Below are positions 29,302 through 38,214 of a DNA stretch of 64,000 bases, one piece after another. The DNA is taken from NCBI GenBank assembly GCA_030694425.1, contig JAUXYI010000063.1, positions 57,150-121,149 on the forward strand, written 5' to 3'. This stretch comes from Thermodesulfovibrionia bacterium. Lineage in GTDB: Bacteria > Nitrospirota > Thermodesulfovibrionia > UBA6902 > BMS3Bbin08. The notes below the pieces were generated by a model that saw only the letters and a list, made by a program, of their open reading frames with translations, did no database searches and was not told the DNA's origin. How positions within the stretch are numbered: position 1 is the stretch's first letter; every line of letters begins with the position of its first letter. The translations under genes and the position numbers were made by a program.

Positions 29302-30751
29302 CGAGTTACGAGTAACGAGTAACAAGTCAGTAAAGAGTCGGGAGTCAAAAAACTCGTCACTCGTCACTCGTCACTCGTCACTTAAAAATGATGTTGCCTT
29401 TTTGTGGGATGAGTCTCTTCTATGGGGATTAATGGCATATAAGGCATTGAAGTCACGTAACCTGCCTTTTAATATTATTCGTTCTGCTGATATTAAAAAC
29501 AGGCAACTCAAAAATTACAAAATGCTATTTGTCCCTGGTGGATGGGCATCAAATAAGCTAAAGGCTCTCGGTAAAAAGGGCATCACTGAGATAAAAAGAT
29601 TTGTCAGAGGCGGAGGCAATTACCTCGGTCTTTGCGGCGGTGCAGGGCTTGCAACTCAGGAGAGTGTAGGACTCTTAAATGTCAGGAGAAGACCTACAAA
29701 GAACCGCGTCCCGAGCTTCAGCGGGAAGATATATCTAAATATAAGTGAGCATCCTATCTGGAATGGTTTGGTTGGAGGAAACAGCAATGAAAATAGTGCA
29801 AATACGGTAATTCAAAATAACTCATCACTCATCACTCCCCGGCCTCGTCCCGAAGCGTCGGGACGGGGCGGGCATTACTCGTCACTGCCTTTTCATGCCT
29901 GGTGGCCATCGCAATTTTTAGTAGAGGATAAGGGTATAAAGGTACTTGCTATATTTGGAGGCGCCTTACCGGATTCTTTCAGCTCTGACCTAAATATCGG
30001 GGATGTAGAGGCAGATGGCAGTTGGGCTGAACTTGAAAAAATCTATAAGATAAATCTTAATCCTGAAAAACTTATAAACGAGCCTGCTGTTCTGGAAGGC
30101 AGTTATGGACTTGGTAAAGTAATTTTATCACTTATCCATTTTGATACCACTCAGGACAGGAATGGTGCTGAGGTTTTAAAAAATCTATGGGAATATCTCG
30201 CAGGACAGAAGACAGAAGTTAGGAAGATAAGAAATTGGGAAGATAAGAGCCTCTCAACTTCTCAACTTATAGGCTCCAAAACAAACCTGTCACTGCTCAA
30301 GGAACTTGAAATGTTAGTTGATGAGTTGATTTCCCTCGGCGAACGGAATTTCCTCTGGTTCTGGCGAAACCCAATGCTTCTTCAGTGGCGGAGGGGAGTA
30401 AGGGGGCTTGAATACTGCACGCTGTATGTGATGATAAAAGAGATTACCGCAATACTTAAAAATGGACAAGTAGCGAAAGCCAGGGGACAAAGAAACATTG
30501 AATTATTAATTGGAGATAGCTTGGGGAGAATCAGGAGATTGCTTATACCATTTATAGAAAAAACCAAACGCTTACTAATCATGGAAAGGTATGCCTTACA
30601 GAATGGACATATCACCTATGAGAGATGTGATAGTCCAGAGATTCAGAAATTAAGGTGTGAACTTTTCTCCACCTCAAAAAGCCATGGAGGATTGTTCAAA
30701 AAACTTATTGATGAAGTGGACAAAGTTTTGTATAGTTTGTTGATTAACTAA
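29282..30751 (+). CDS. class-I glutamine amidotransferase-like (BPL_N-type) domain protein
   Basis: LFVPGGWASN...GGGNYLGLCGGAGLA. N-terminus sits in a repeat element. Second insertion at 29815-29890. Confidence 0.35.
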   Translation: MQTKNSDELRVTSNKSVKSRESKNSSLVTRHSSLKNDVAFLWDESLLWGLMAYKALKSRNLPFNIIRSADIKNRQLKNYKMLFVPGGWASNKLKALGKKGITEIKRFVRGGGNYLGLCGGAGLATQESVGLLNVRRRPTKNRVPSFSGKIYLNISEHPIWNGLVGGNSNENSANTVIQNNSSLITPRPRPEASGRGGHYSSLPFHAWWPSQFLVEDKGIKVLAIFGGALPDSFSSDLNIGDVEADGSWAELEKIYKINLNPEKLINEPAVLEGSYGLGKVILSLIHFDTTQDRNGAEVLKNLWEYLAGQKTEVRKIRNWEDKSLSTSQLIGSKTNLSLLKELEMLVDELISLGERNFLWFWRNPMLLQWRRGVRGLEYCTLYVMIKEITAILKNGQVAKARGQRNIELLIGDSLGRIRRLLIPFIEKTKRLLIMERYALQNGHITYERCDSPEIQKLRCELFSTSKSHGGLFKKLIDEVDKVLYSLLIN

Positions 30752-30813
30752 GAGTTCTTTAAGTTTTTGAAGGATTTTGTAGCACAACTTAACAAAGGAA
30801 GGAGGTGAAAAAA

Positions 30814-30966
30814 ATGGAAAAGAAAAAAAATAAAACCACAAACAAGAAGGAGTCAAGGACAAAACCAGATGTTATTTCTTATCACCTGAAATGCGCAAAG
30901 ACAGCTAACGGATTAACTCATTTTGTAATGTACGGAGATGTGGCAAAGAAACAGATGCCATTGTAA
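30814..30966 (+). CDS. small Lys-rich peptide (50 aa), candidate precursor or partner of downstream radical SAM/SPASM enzyme
   Basis: Strong ribosome-binding site AGGAGGTG 7 nt upstream of the ATG. Sequence MEKKKNKTTNKKESRTKPDVISYHLKCAKTANGLTHFVMYGDVAKKQMPL. Confidence 0.35.
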   Translation: MEKKKNKTTNKKESRTKPDVISYHLKCAKTANGLTHFVMYGDVAKKQMPL

Positions 30967-31042
30967 GATGGGCTTAAAACCTGAACGGTTTGGATAGTTC
31001 AGGCTGTTCAAACCGTTCAAGCTATTTAAACAGATTAAGTCT

Positions 31043-31137
31043 GTCATTCCCGTGAAAACGGGAATCCAGAGAGGTTAAAGGTATTTCTGGATTCCTGCTG
31101 GAGTTTATCCCGTACTTAGATACGGGGCAGGAATGAC
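31043..31137. repeat. GTCATTCCCG...CAGGAATGAC palindromic element
   Basis: Same family as 21588 and 41715. Confidence 0.5.
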
Positions 31138-31165
31138 AATACAAATAAAAAGAAGGAGGAATATC

Positions 31166-32509
31166 ATGAGTAAAAACCACAGGGAGCTTTCGTTTTCTGA
31201 TATTGATGATAAGTGGAAGTTGGCACTTGATCCTGACAACATTTTTTGGGGAGTAATAACCAAAAATAATGGAAATTTTTTATTGCCTGATGACTTGATT
31301 GACCTTTACAAAAAAGAACGGAAACATCTTGATTCCGAGATTCATGATTTCAGATTTAATACTGATTTAAACTGCATATATATTGACCCCACTGACAGGT
31401 GTAATGCCAATTGTACTTACTGTTATATTCCCTCAAAAATAAGAAAACACGGCGTACAGATGGATAGTAAACAATTAGACTCTCTATTAAAAAAGATTGC
31501 CGCTTATTTTAAAAATTCAAAAAAGAAGCCGGTAATTGTTTTTCATGCGGCTGAGCCTTTACTGGTAAAAAATATCCTTTTTGATGCAATACATAGATTC
31601 CGCAGTCAATTTCTTTTTGGACTTCAGACTAACGCACTCTTGCTTGAAAAAACGGATGTGGAGTTTTTAAAGAAACACCGAGTAGGCGTTGGTATATCGC
31701 TTGATTCTCCGGATGCTGATATAAATAACCGACAGCGGGTAAGTGTAAGAGATGGAGGCAATTTTGAAAAAGCGGTACAGGCGATTAAGTGGTTCAATGG
31801 TTATGAGGGATTAAATGTAATCACAACTGTTACAAAACACAATGTCAGCCAGTTGTCAGATTTGGTGAAATTTTTTCATGCAAAAAAAGTTAGCTGCGTA
31901 CTTTTTAACCCGGTCAGATTAACCCAAAAACCTTCATTAAACCTGAAACCTGATGAAAAAGTGTTTGCTGAATATTTTATCACTGCTGTTGAAAAGGCAA
32001 TAGAGTTATCAAAAAAATCAGGTCGCCAGATTGTAATAGGTAATTTTGCAAATGTAATACTTGCAATAATATCACCGACTGCCAGACGGATGATGTGCGA
32101 TATATCCCCTTGCGGAGGAGGCCGCACTTTTATGACAGTTACTGCTAACGGCGATATGGTTCCGTGCGGAGAATTTATTGGTTTGAAAGAATTTGCAGGC
32201 GGAAATATTTTTGAGACATCAATTTCAGAGGCTATGAACTCCGAGTCGTTTAAGAAAATCAGGGCAAGGATTGTGGAAAAAATTGATGAATGCAATGTAT
32301 GTGATTTCAGAAATATATGCGGTGCGCCATGTCCTGCAGAATTACATGCACGAGGCAATATGTACCAAAAAGCAGAATTCTGCGAATTCTATAAAGAGAT
32401 AATAAGATATGCCTTTAAATTAATAGCTGAAGATAAGGTTAAATATCTTCTTCGGGAAGATGCGATACAGCAGCTTAAGTATGAGTATAAATATTCTGAT
32501 AGAAATTAA
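31166..32509 (+). CDS. radical SAM/SPASM domain protein (anSME or peptide-maturase-like)
   Basis: CNANCTYC (Cx3Cx2C). C-terminal SPASM cysteines CGGGRTF...CNVCDFRNICGAPCP. AGGAGG ribosome-binding site before the ATG at 31166. An 85-aa N-terminal extension precedes the radical SAM core. Confidence 0.8.
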   Translation: MSKNHRELSFSDIDDKWKLALDPDNIFWGVITKNNGNFLLPDDLIDLYKKERKHLDSEIHDFRFNTDLNCIYIDPTDRCNANCTYCYIPSKIRKHGVQMDSKQLDSLLKKIAAYFKNSKKKPVIVFHAAEPLLVKNILFDAIHRFRSQFLFGLQTNALLLEKTDVEFLKKHRVGVGISLDSPDADINNRQRVSVRDGGNFEKAVQAIKWFNGYEGLNVITTVTKHNVSQLSDLVKFFHAKKVSCVLFNPVRLTQKPSLNLKPDEKVFAEYFITAVEKAIELSKKSGRQIVIGNFANVILAIISPTARRMMCDISPCGGGRTFMTVTANGDMVPCGEFIGLKEFAGGNIFETSISEAMNSESFKKIRARIVEKIDECNVCDFRNICGAPCPAELHARGNMYQKAEFCEFYKEIIRYAFKLIAEDKVKYLLREDAIQQLKYEYKYSDRN

Positions 32510-32563
32510 TTGTAGCCGCAGACTTTAGTCGGCGTTCTTAAACTGTGATTGACAGTTCAAATA

Positions 32564-32778
32564 GGTATTCCAGAGGAATCTCGTGAAAAACGAGAACTGC
32601 CCCGCAACTGTAAAGGGAGCGAAAACCTAAAAAGGCAGTGAAGAGTAAACAGTGAATAGTTAAGAGTTACAGAATTCAAAAACTTTTAACTTTCAACTGC
32701 TTTTAAGTCACTGTCCCGAAGCGTCGGGACGGGAAGGCAGGTGAGTAGAGAGCCCTAAGTCAGGAGATTCCGAATACC
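32564..32778 (+). promoter_or_regulatory. cobalamin riboswitch with no downstream gene (orphan)
   Basis: P1 GGTATTC...GAATACC. GTGAAAAACGAG, CCCCGCAACTGTAAAGGGAGC, GGGAAGGC, AGTCAGGAGA. Next plus-strand product is only a 6-aa ORF. Confidence 0.6.
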
Positions 32779-32868
32779 TTTTAAAAACCAATACCCTTCG
32801 AGGGAAGAGGAGGCAACATGAGAAATAACACATCGTAAAATTAGTCAATCCAAACGCATAGATAAAGT

Positions 32869-32950
32869 GTCATTGCGAGGAGCAAAGTGGTTGCGAAGCG
32901 AAGCTGAAGCAAACTCGGAGATTCCTCTGGTATTCAGGCTGAATTGAATG
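32869..32950. repeat. GTCATTGCGAGGAGC... element
   Basis: Same family as 10045 and 63648. Confidence 0.4.
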
Positions 32951-32959
32951 ATGTTTTAC

Positions 32960-33343
32960 TTATTGTTTTGAGGAGTATTTCTTAAACCATTCAACGATAT
33001 TTTCCAATGAGACTTTGCATGTAGCCACCTTAATGGTAAATAGCTCAAGTTCGTTCTGTGTGGTTTTGAGATAATAACCATTTATCTGAAGAAAAATACC
33101 TGCAGATGTTATGGCAGTTCTCTTATTCCCATCAATGAAGGGGTGATTTTTTATGAGAGATTCCATCAAGGCAGCAGCTTTATGGCAGATATCGGGATAT
33201 AGATCTTCGCTCCCGAATGTTGCTTTTGGCCTTGAGACAGCAGATTGAAGAAGCCCCAAATCCCTGATGCCGTGAGAGCCGCCTGTTTCATCAATGAGCC
33301 TGCTGTGAATAAAGAGAACCTGCTCTGCAGTAAGGTATCTCAC
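32960..33343 (-). CDS. doc: Fic/Doc family toxin (death-on-curing)
   Basis: HPFIDGNKR motif. Confidence 0.8.
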   Translation of the reverse strand: MRYLTAEQVLFIHSRLIDETGGSHGIRDLGLLQSAVSRPKATFGSEDLYPDICHKAAALMESLIKNHPFIDGNKRTAITSAGIFLQINGYYLKTTQNELELFTIKVATCKVSLENIVEWFKKYSSKQ

Positions 33344-33588
33344 TTCTTTGCGAGTTCTTTGAGCGCCGGTTCGTATTTTGCAATAAAATCATTCACCTGA
33401 GCAACAAATTCCTTATCAATGTTCTTAGGGTATTTCTTCTTTCTCACTGGTTCAATAACTATTCTTGAACTCTTTTCGTCAAGTTTTACGTCAATTTCGG
33501 AACCGACTGACAGATTGAGCTTTTCAAGCACATCAAGCGGGATTGACACCCCTTGACTATTGCCTATAGAACATATCTTTCTATGCAT
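33340..33588 (-). CDS. AbrB/MazE-fold antitoxin (Phd-like partner of Doc)
   Basis: SpoVT/AbrB swapped-hairpin pattern. Overlaps the doc start. Confidence 0.6.
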   Translation of the reverse strand: MHRKICSIGNSQGVSIPLDVLEKLNLSVGSEIDVKLDEKSSRIVIEPVRKKKYPKNIDKEFVAQVNDFIAKYEPALKELAKK

Positions 33589-33604
33589 AATTGCCTCCGT
33601 ACCA

Positions 33605-33745
33605 ATGTTATAACATAATTATAACAGAAAGCAATATTTCCTTTTCCCTTAAACTCCAAGATTCCTTTGTCTCTGAGACTCTATCCGAATCGGACTGACG
33701 GATTGTGGGGCGAATGTGTTTGTTGTCGGGATGAAGCTTAAGGAT
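33605..33745. repeat. toxin-antitoxin island boundary repeat copy 1 (AATCCCTTTGTCT ... GGATTGTGGGGCGRATG family)
   Basis: Read directly. Six copies, all in the same orientation. Confidence 0.4.
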
Positions 33746-33755
33746 GATGTATAGT

Positions 33756-34112
33756 TCAAGGGAGCGGACTAATTCTGATTCTGCCAGGACTGATAACAGC
33801 TACTTTATTTTTGAGTCTGTGGAGTTCTATTTTTTTAAAAGATCCTTTAAAAATATTTGTAATAATCGGAGCTTTGAAATTTGCTGGAACACGAATTAAT
33901 ATTACTCCAAAAGGTGCAGGCCTTAATTTTGGTATGGGGTAATCAAGGTCTCTTGTAACAATAATGCTTTTCTCCTTTGCAGCCTTAGCCCAGAGGATTT
34001 TATCTGAAGACCCTCTAAGATTTGAAGCTGCGACATCAAAAACATCATGTTTTAATGATGAGAGAAATTCTACGATTCCGAATGGCAGGTTTTCGTCAAC
34101 GAGAAACCGCAA
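33756..34112 (-). CDS. DUF5615 (Mut7-C/PIN-like) putative toxin
   Basis: RFLVDENLP start motif. TTG start overlaps the upstream DUF433 gene. Confidence 0.55.
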   Translation of the reverse strand: MRFLVDENLPFGIVEFLSSLKHDVFDVAASNLRGSSDKILWAKAAKEKSIIVTRDLDYPIPKLRPAPFGVILIRVPANFKAPIITNIFKGSFKKIELHRLKNKVAVISPGRIRISPLP

Positions 34113-34329
34113 TAAGGTGTTCCTCGGAAAGAGTTTCTGCTGCATAAGCAAGTGCAGCCCTCACGTCTTCCTCTTTGATTCTATATTCCTTGCACACTTC
34201 TCCGATGGTCATACCGCCAGCCAGCCCGCCGACGATTACCTTAACAGGTACTCGTGTGCCTTTAATAACGGGTTTGCCGCCCATGATATCAGGATGGATT
34301 TCTATTCTCTTTTTCCAGTCTGTCTTCAT
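34096..34329 (-). CDS. DUF433 antitoxin-like protein
   Basis: GGKPVIKGTRVPV and EDVRAALAYA. Confidence 0.7.
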   Translation of the reverse strand: MKTDWKKRIEIHPDIMGGKPVIKGTRVPVKVIVGGLAGGMTIGEVCKEYRIKEEDVRAALAYAAETLSEEHLIAVSR

Positions 34330-34339
34330 GTTTTAAATC

Positions 34340-34500
34340 TAACATAAACAGGCATTCTTTTCAATTATCTTTTATCTTTGAAAATTTAAAACAGGATACT
34401 GTATTGCCCTTTCTCCCTGGACTCCAGAATCCCTTTATCTCCGAGAATCTGTAACTGCTTGCGGATTTTGGGGGCGGATGTGCGTTTTGTTTTAAAATAT
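34340..34500. repeat. toxin-antitoxin island boundary repeat copy 2
   Basis: ...AGAATCCCTTTATCTCCGAG...GCGGATTTTGGGGGCGGATG. Confidence 0.4.
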
Positions 34501-34516
34501 TGTAGAATGTTAATAA

Positions 34517-34765
<249 letters not shown>

Positions 34766-34779
34766 GCCTAAATAACAGG

Positions 34780-34932
34780 ATGAAATTCAAGCTTGATGAA
34801 AACTTTGGCACATTGCTTGAGCAATTGGTGAAGCAGTTTCTGAAAGCTCTGAGCACGATACCCATTGCAAAAAATTTATGGATTGTTGAAATAGGACGGA
34901 TCCGGATACATCAGTTGGATACAGAGGAATAG
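34780..34932 (+). pseudogene. DUF5615 toxin, truncated (50 aa: MKFKLDENF...)
   Basis: Only the N-terminal DUF5615 motif is retained. Confidence 0.35.
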
Positions 34933-34939
34933 ACTTCAG

Positions 34940-35205
34940 GATATAATCCCATACCTCCCATTTCCTTTAAATTCAAGAATCCCTTTGTCTCTTCTGCACT
35001 CATGCCTGCCGGTAGGCAGGTTGGAACTGTCGTGCTTTCTGTCCGGTACGGAGTGGCGGAACTTCTCCGAAGCCCCGGGGTCAGACAGTTTAGAATTTTT
35101 AACCCTCGCAGTTCTTTGCATATCTAAAACAATCAATGGGGTGCGGACCTGACTGCCCAGTGCGGAGTGGCAGATTTTTGGGATGGATGTGATTGTGGCC
35201 ATAAT
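34940..35205. repeat. toxin-antitoxin island boundary repeat copy 3 (extended)
   Basis: ...AAGAATCCCTTTGTCTCTTCTGCACTC...GATTTTTGGGATGGATG. Confidence 0.4.
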
Positions 35206-35207
35206 TA

Positions 35208-35236
35208 TTGACACATTTCAATAAGGCTGATATAAT
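35208..35236 (+). promoter_or_regulatory. sigma70 promoter TTGACA-17-TATAAT for the phd/vapC operon
   Basis: Perfect consensus hexamers with a 17-nt spacer. AGGAGG ribosome-binding site follows. Confidence 0.6.
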
Positions 35237-35251
35237 ATTTTAGGAGGAAAT

Positions 35252-35518
35252 ATGAAGGTAGCAACAGTAAGAGAATTCAGAGACAAAGCCACAAGATATT
35301 TTAAGAATGAAGAGCCTATTCTTGTTACAAGACATGGCAAAGTAACAGGTCTTTATCTGCCTATTGAACATCCGGAAAGTTTTCCGATTGAACTCAGAAA
35401 AGAATTGCTTATTCGCTTTGGTGAATCCATAAGCCGCTCGCTTGTGAAAAAAGGGATAACCGAGGAAAAACTTCTTGCAGACTTTAAAACCTTTAAAAAA
35501 ACTCGCCGCAGACGCTAA
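35252..35518 (+). CDS. Phd/YefM family antitoxin
   Basis: VREFRDKATRYF...PILVTRHGK. Confidence 0.75.
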   Translation: MKVATVREFRDKATRYFKNEEPILVTRHGKVTGLYLPIEHPESFPIELRKELLIRFGESISRSLVKKGITEEKLLADFKTFKKTRRRR

Positions 35519-35897
35519 TGTCATCCTGTCTGCCGCTGCCGGCAAGGCAGCTCTTCGCATATTCCTCAAAGAGGATATTGAAATCATAACCACACAGTTT
35601 AATGTTAATGAAGTCAGAGAATACCTTGGGGTTATTGCAGAACAATATGCTTTTAGCGAGGAAATTCTTGAATCTCAGTTAAGACTCCTTCCCCTGAAAA
35701 TTTATCCAAGACATTTATATGAAGACTTTATTAAGAAGGCGTCAAAAAAGTTGTCAGGCAGAGACGAAGACGACATAGAACTGCTTGCACTTGCAATGAA
35801 ATTAAATGTACCTGTCTGGAGCAATGACAGAGATTTTCAACATTCAGGCGTTGAAATATATACAACCGCAAAGCTCTTGAAAATTCTGAAAGCATGA
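35475..35897 (+). CDS. vapC: PIN-domain toxin (VapC-like)
   Basis: DANVILSA motif. TTG start overlaps the antitoxin gene. Confidence 0.7.
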   Translation: MQTLKPLKKLAADANVILSAAAGKAALRIFLKEDIEIITTQFNVNEVREYLGVIAEQYAFSEEILESQLRLLPLKIYPRHLYEDFIKKASKKLSGRDEDDIELLALAMKLNVPVWSNDRDFQHSGVEIYTTAKLLKILKA

Positions 35898-35904
35898 TGA
35901 TCAA

Positions 35905-36045
35905 TTCCTTTACTCTATAAAACTATACTCCCCAATTCCATAATCCCTTTGTCTTCTTGATTATTTTTACTGCTGTGCTATGGAACTTCTGCGCTCAGAG
36001 ACTTTGGAACTGTTGTCCCTAATGGATTTTGGGGGAGGAGTAGGT
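35905..36045. repeat. toxin-antitoxin island boundary repeat copy 4
   Basis: AACTATACTCCCCAATTCCATAATCCCTTTGTCTTCTTGATTATTTTTACTGCTGTGCTATGGAAC...GGATTTTGGGGGAGGAG. Confidence 0.4.
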
Positions 36046-36323
36046 TAGGGATAGTATCTGTAAATTTCTTTTCTGTGCAGTGCCCTGCAACACTCTATAA
36101 CTTTTGATTCAATATCAATCTCTATGCCGACGCAATAATCACCGAAACGTACTTTATAAGATTTCTCATAACCTACAAGTTTTTCTAATCCTTTAATATC
36201 CGCCAGATTATCAATTTCAGGGAGAATGTCAAAACATAAATGCTCGGTCTTTATGCGAATATTTTTGAGGAGTTTTTTCAGTTCTTTCAAAAATGTCTTT
36301 TTGTAGAGGATTTGAAATTTCAA
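36045..36323 (-). CDS. RelE/ParE family toxin
   Basis: Typical RelE/ParE length and C-terminal pattern. Confidence 0.65.
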   Translation of the reverse strand: MKFQILYKKTFLKELKKLLKNIRIKTEHLCFDILPEIDNLADIKGLEKLVGYEKSYKVRFGDYCVGIEIDIESKVIECCRALHRKEIYRYYP

Positions 36324-36568
36324 GAGCGGGTTCTTTTACCATAAAACTTTTTTGCTTCTGCTATTGTTAGAGATTTTTCATCTTTAACTTCAAGGACATA
36401 CTGCCCAAGAGCGTAGTCTTCCAATACTTCTTCTATCTTCTTATATGTTTCAATAGGTATCTGAACGGCGATCTTTTTATTTTTGTCATCAACGATATAC
36501 TTCTTAGCTAAAGTTAACATCATGCCTCCTATAGAAACATTATAACTATTATCTCCCTGAAGCTGCAA
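36320..36568 (-). CDS. cognate antitoxin (small, overlaps the toxin gene)
   Basis: Positional call with 4-nt overlap. Confidence 0.45.
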   Translation of the reverse strand: MQLQGDNSYNVSIGGMMLTLAKKYIVDDKNKKIAVQIPIETYKKIEEVLEDYALGQYVLEVKDEKSLTIAEAKKFYGKRTRS

Positions 36569-36569
36569 C

Positions 36570-36700
36570 TGCTTTCATACAGCTTCCACGCTATTGTTCT
36601 TTTGGCTAATTGCACTCCTGATTATTTTTACTGCTGTGCTATTGCACTCATGTACTTAGGACCTGTTGAAACTGGCGGGTTTTGTGGGCGGATGTTAAGA
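36570..36700. repeat. toxin-antitoxin island boundary repeat copy 5
   Basis: ...TGATTATTTTTACTGCTGTGCTATTGCACTC...GGCGGGTTTTGTGGGCGGATG. Confidence 0.4.
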
Positions 36701-36741
36701 AATATATTGTTAAACCAAGATATTTCATATAAAATAACTAC

Positions 36742-37005
36742 ATGAAAACAGTAACCATACCGTATCCCGAAGGACTTCCTCAAACATTAAAGTTATCAGA
36801 TTCTGAATTTACAAAAGAAGTAAGATTTCTTGCAGCCGCAAAGCTTTATGAACTGGGGAAAATATCCTCAGGAAAAGCAGCAAAAATGGCTGGTTTGGAC
36901 AGGGTGTCTTTTCTTAAGAAGCTCGGTCATTATAAAATGCCCGCAATAAACATACAGGCTGAAGAAATAGAAAAGGAAGCAGAAGCAGTAAGATCTCTTA
37001 GATGA
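36742..37005 (+). CDS. UPF0175 family antitoxin
   Basis: Pattern ...EVRFLAAAKLYELGKIS.GKAAKMAG. Confidence 0.7.
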   Translation: MKTVTIPYPEGLPQTLKLSDSEFTKEVRFLAAAKLYELGKISSGKAAKMAGLDRVSFLKKLGHYKMPAINIQAEEIEKEAEAVRSLR

Positions 37006-37484
37006 AGATTGTCGTCAATACCGGCCCGCTTGTATTCCTTTCAAAAATAGACAGACTACACATCCTGCAAAAATTCGGAAACATACTTGTCCCTAAAGGC
37101 ATTATATCTGAAATCAGGCACAAGAAGGATGATGTATCAGCGGCGGTCGGCAAGATTTCTAATGACTGGCTAAAAATCAACGCTATAAAAAATAAAAACC
37201 TGCTCAATGTGCTTACAAAAGAGCTTGACGGCGGTGAAGCCGAAGTAATTTGTCTTGCCATTGAACAAAAAGCTGATTGGGTTGTTCTTGACGATCAGGA
37301 TGCCCGCCGCTTTGCTCATAGATACGGGCTGAATGTTATCGGGACATTAGGTCTTCTTGCCTGGGCAAAGAAAAAGGGTTTTATAAAAAGTTTTAAGAAT
37401 GAGGTAGAAAAACTGCGGAAAGCCGGTTTTTATGCAACCATTGCCCTTATTGAGAAATTATTACAGGAAGTAGAAGAAGATTAA
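37002..37484 (+). CDS. DUF3368 (PIN-like) toxin
   Basis: 4-nt overlap with UPF0175. VVNTGPL...EAEVI pattern. Confidence 0.7.
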   Translation: MKIVVNTGPLVFLSKIDRLHILQKFGNILVPKGIISEIRHKKDDVSAAVGKISNDWLKINAIKNKNLLNVLTKELDGGEAEVICLAIEQKADWVVLDDQDARRFAHRYGLNVIGTLGLLAWAKKKGFIKSFKNEVEKLRKAGFYATIALIEKLLQEVEED

Positions 37485-37494
37485 CTAACCTGTC

Positions 37495-37665
37495 CTTATT
37501 AAAACTATACTGCCATTTTCCTTAAAATTCCTCTGCGAGTCATAGACAGAATCCCTTTGTCTTGTCTGCACTTCTGATTATCTTTACTACTGCGCTATTG
37601 CACTTCTGCGCTTTGGAACTGTTTGAAGCTGGCGGATTGTGGGGCGGATGAAATACGGGAAGTGT
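37495..37665. repeat. toxin-antitoxin island boundary repeat copy 6
   Basis: AACTATACTGCCATT...AGAATCCCTTTGTCTTGTCTGCACTTCTGATTATCTTTACTACTGCGCTATTGCAC...GGCGGATTGTGGGGCGGATG. Confidence 0.4.
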
Positions 37666-37793
37666 CTCTGCCTAGTTCCCAAAATATAATCATCAGGATT
37701 TTTATTCTCTATGTGCTTCATCAAGAGTTCCCATAGCTCAGGCGTGAGGCGTAAGGCCGGGGGATATCCACGGCCTTACTTATGGGATGTGAA

Positions 37794-38021
37794 TTAACTT
37801 CTTCCGTAAGTTCTTGTGTTCTTATGGCAGGTTGCACACATGGCGGTTAAATTACTCAAAGTGTCTGGACCTCCTGCTGTACGATGATGAGCGTCCCAAT
37901 ATCCTACAGATAGACTCCTGCTACATCTCCTGTCACCATGGTCACAATTTATCATGGTGCATTCACATCTCCCACCAGCTCTCTGATAGAGTGCCTTTTT
38001 GGTTTCTTCTGAAATTGCCAT
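37794..38021 (-). CDS. small HNH endonuclease
   Basis: CxxC...HH...N...CxxCH: an HNH zinc finger in 75 aa. Confidence 0.6.
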   Translation of the reverse strand: MAISEETKKALYQRAGGRCECTMINCDHGDRRCSRSLSVGYWDAHHRTAGGPDTLSNLTAMCATCHKNTRTYGRS

Positions 38022-38214
38022 AATACCTCCTGTCCCCTGACTCTTGACAGGCGATCGTAAGCATGTTAGGCTTAATTACACTACGACGCCTGAGCAATCA
38101 GGGGTTCTTTAGGGGTTAAAGAACTCAACTTTCTTTAACCCCTTTTGTTAATAATAGATACAAGCCCCATCCCATTACTACTGCAATTATTTATCATATA
38201 TCACCCCCTTTCTT

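Noticed and set aside
38100-38160. GGGGTTAAAGAA...TTCTTTAACCCC hairpin between the HNH and DGQHR genes as a terminator
   Set aside because: The T-run is on the plus side only, while both flanking genes are on the minus strand. Left unannotated.
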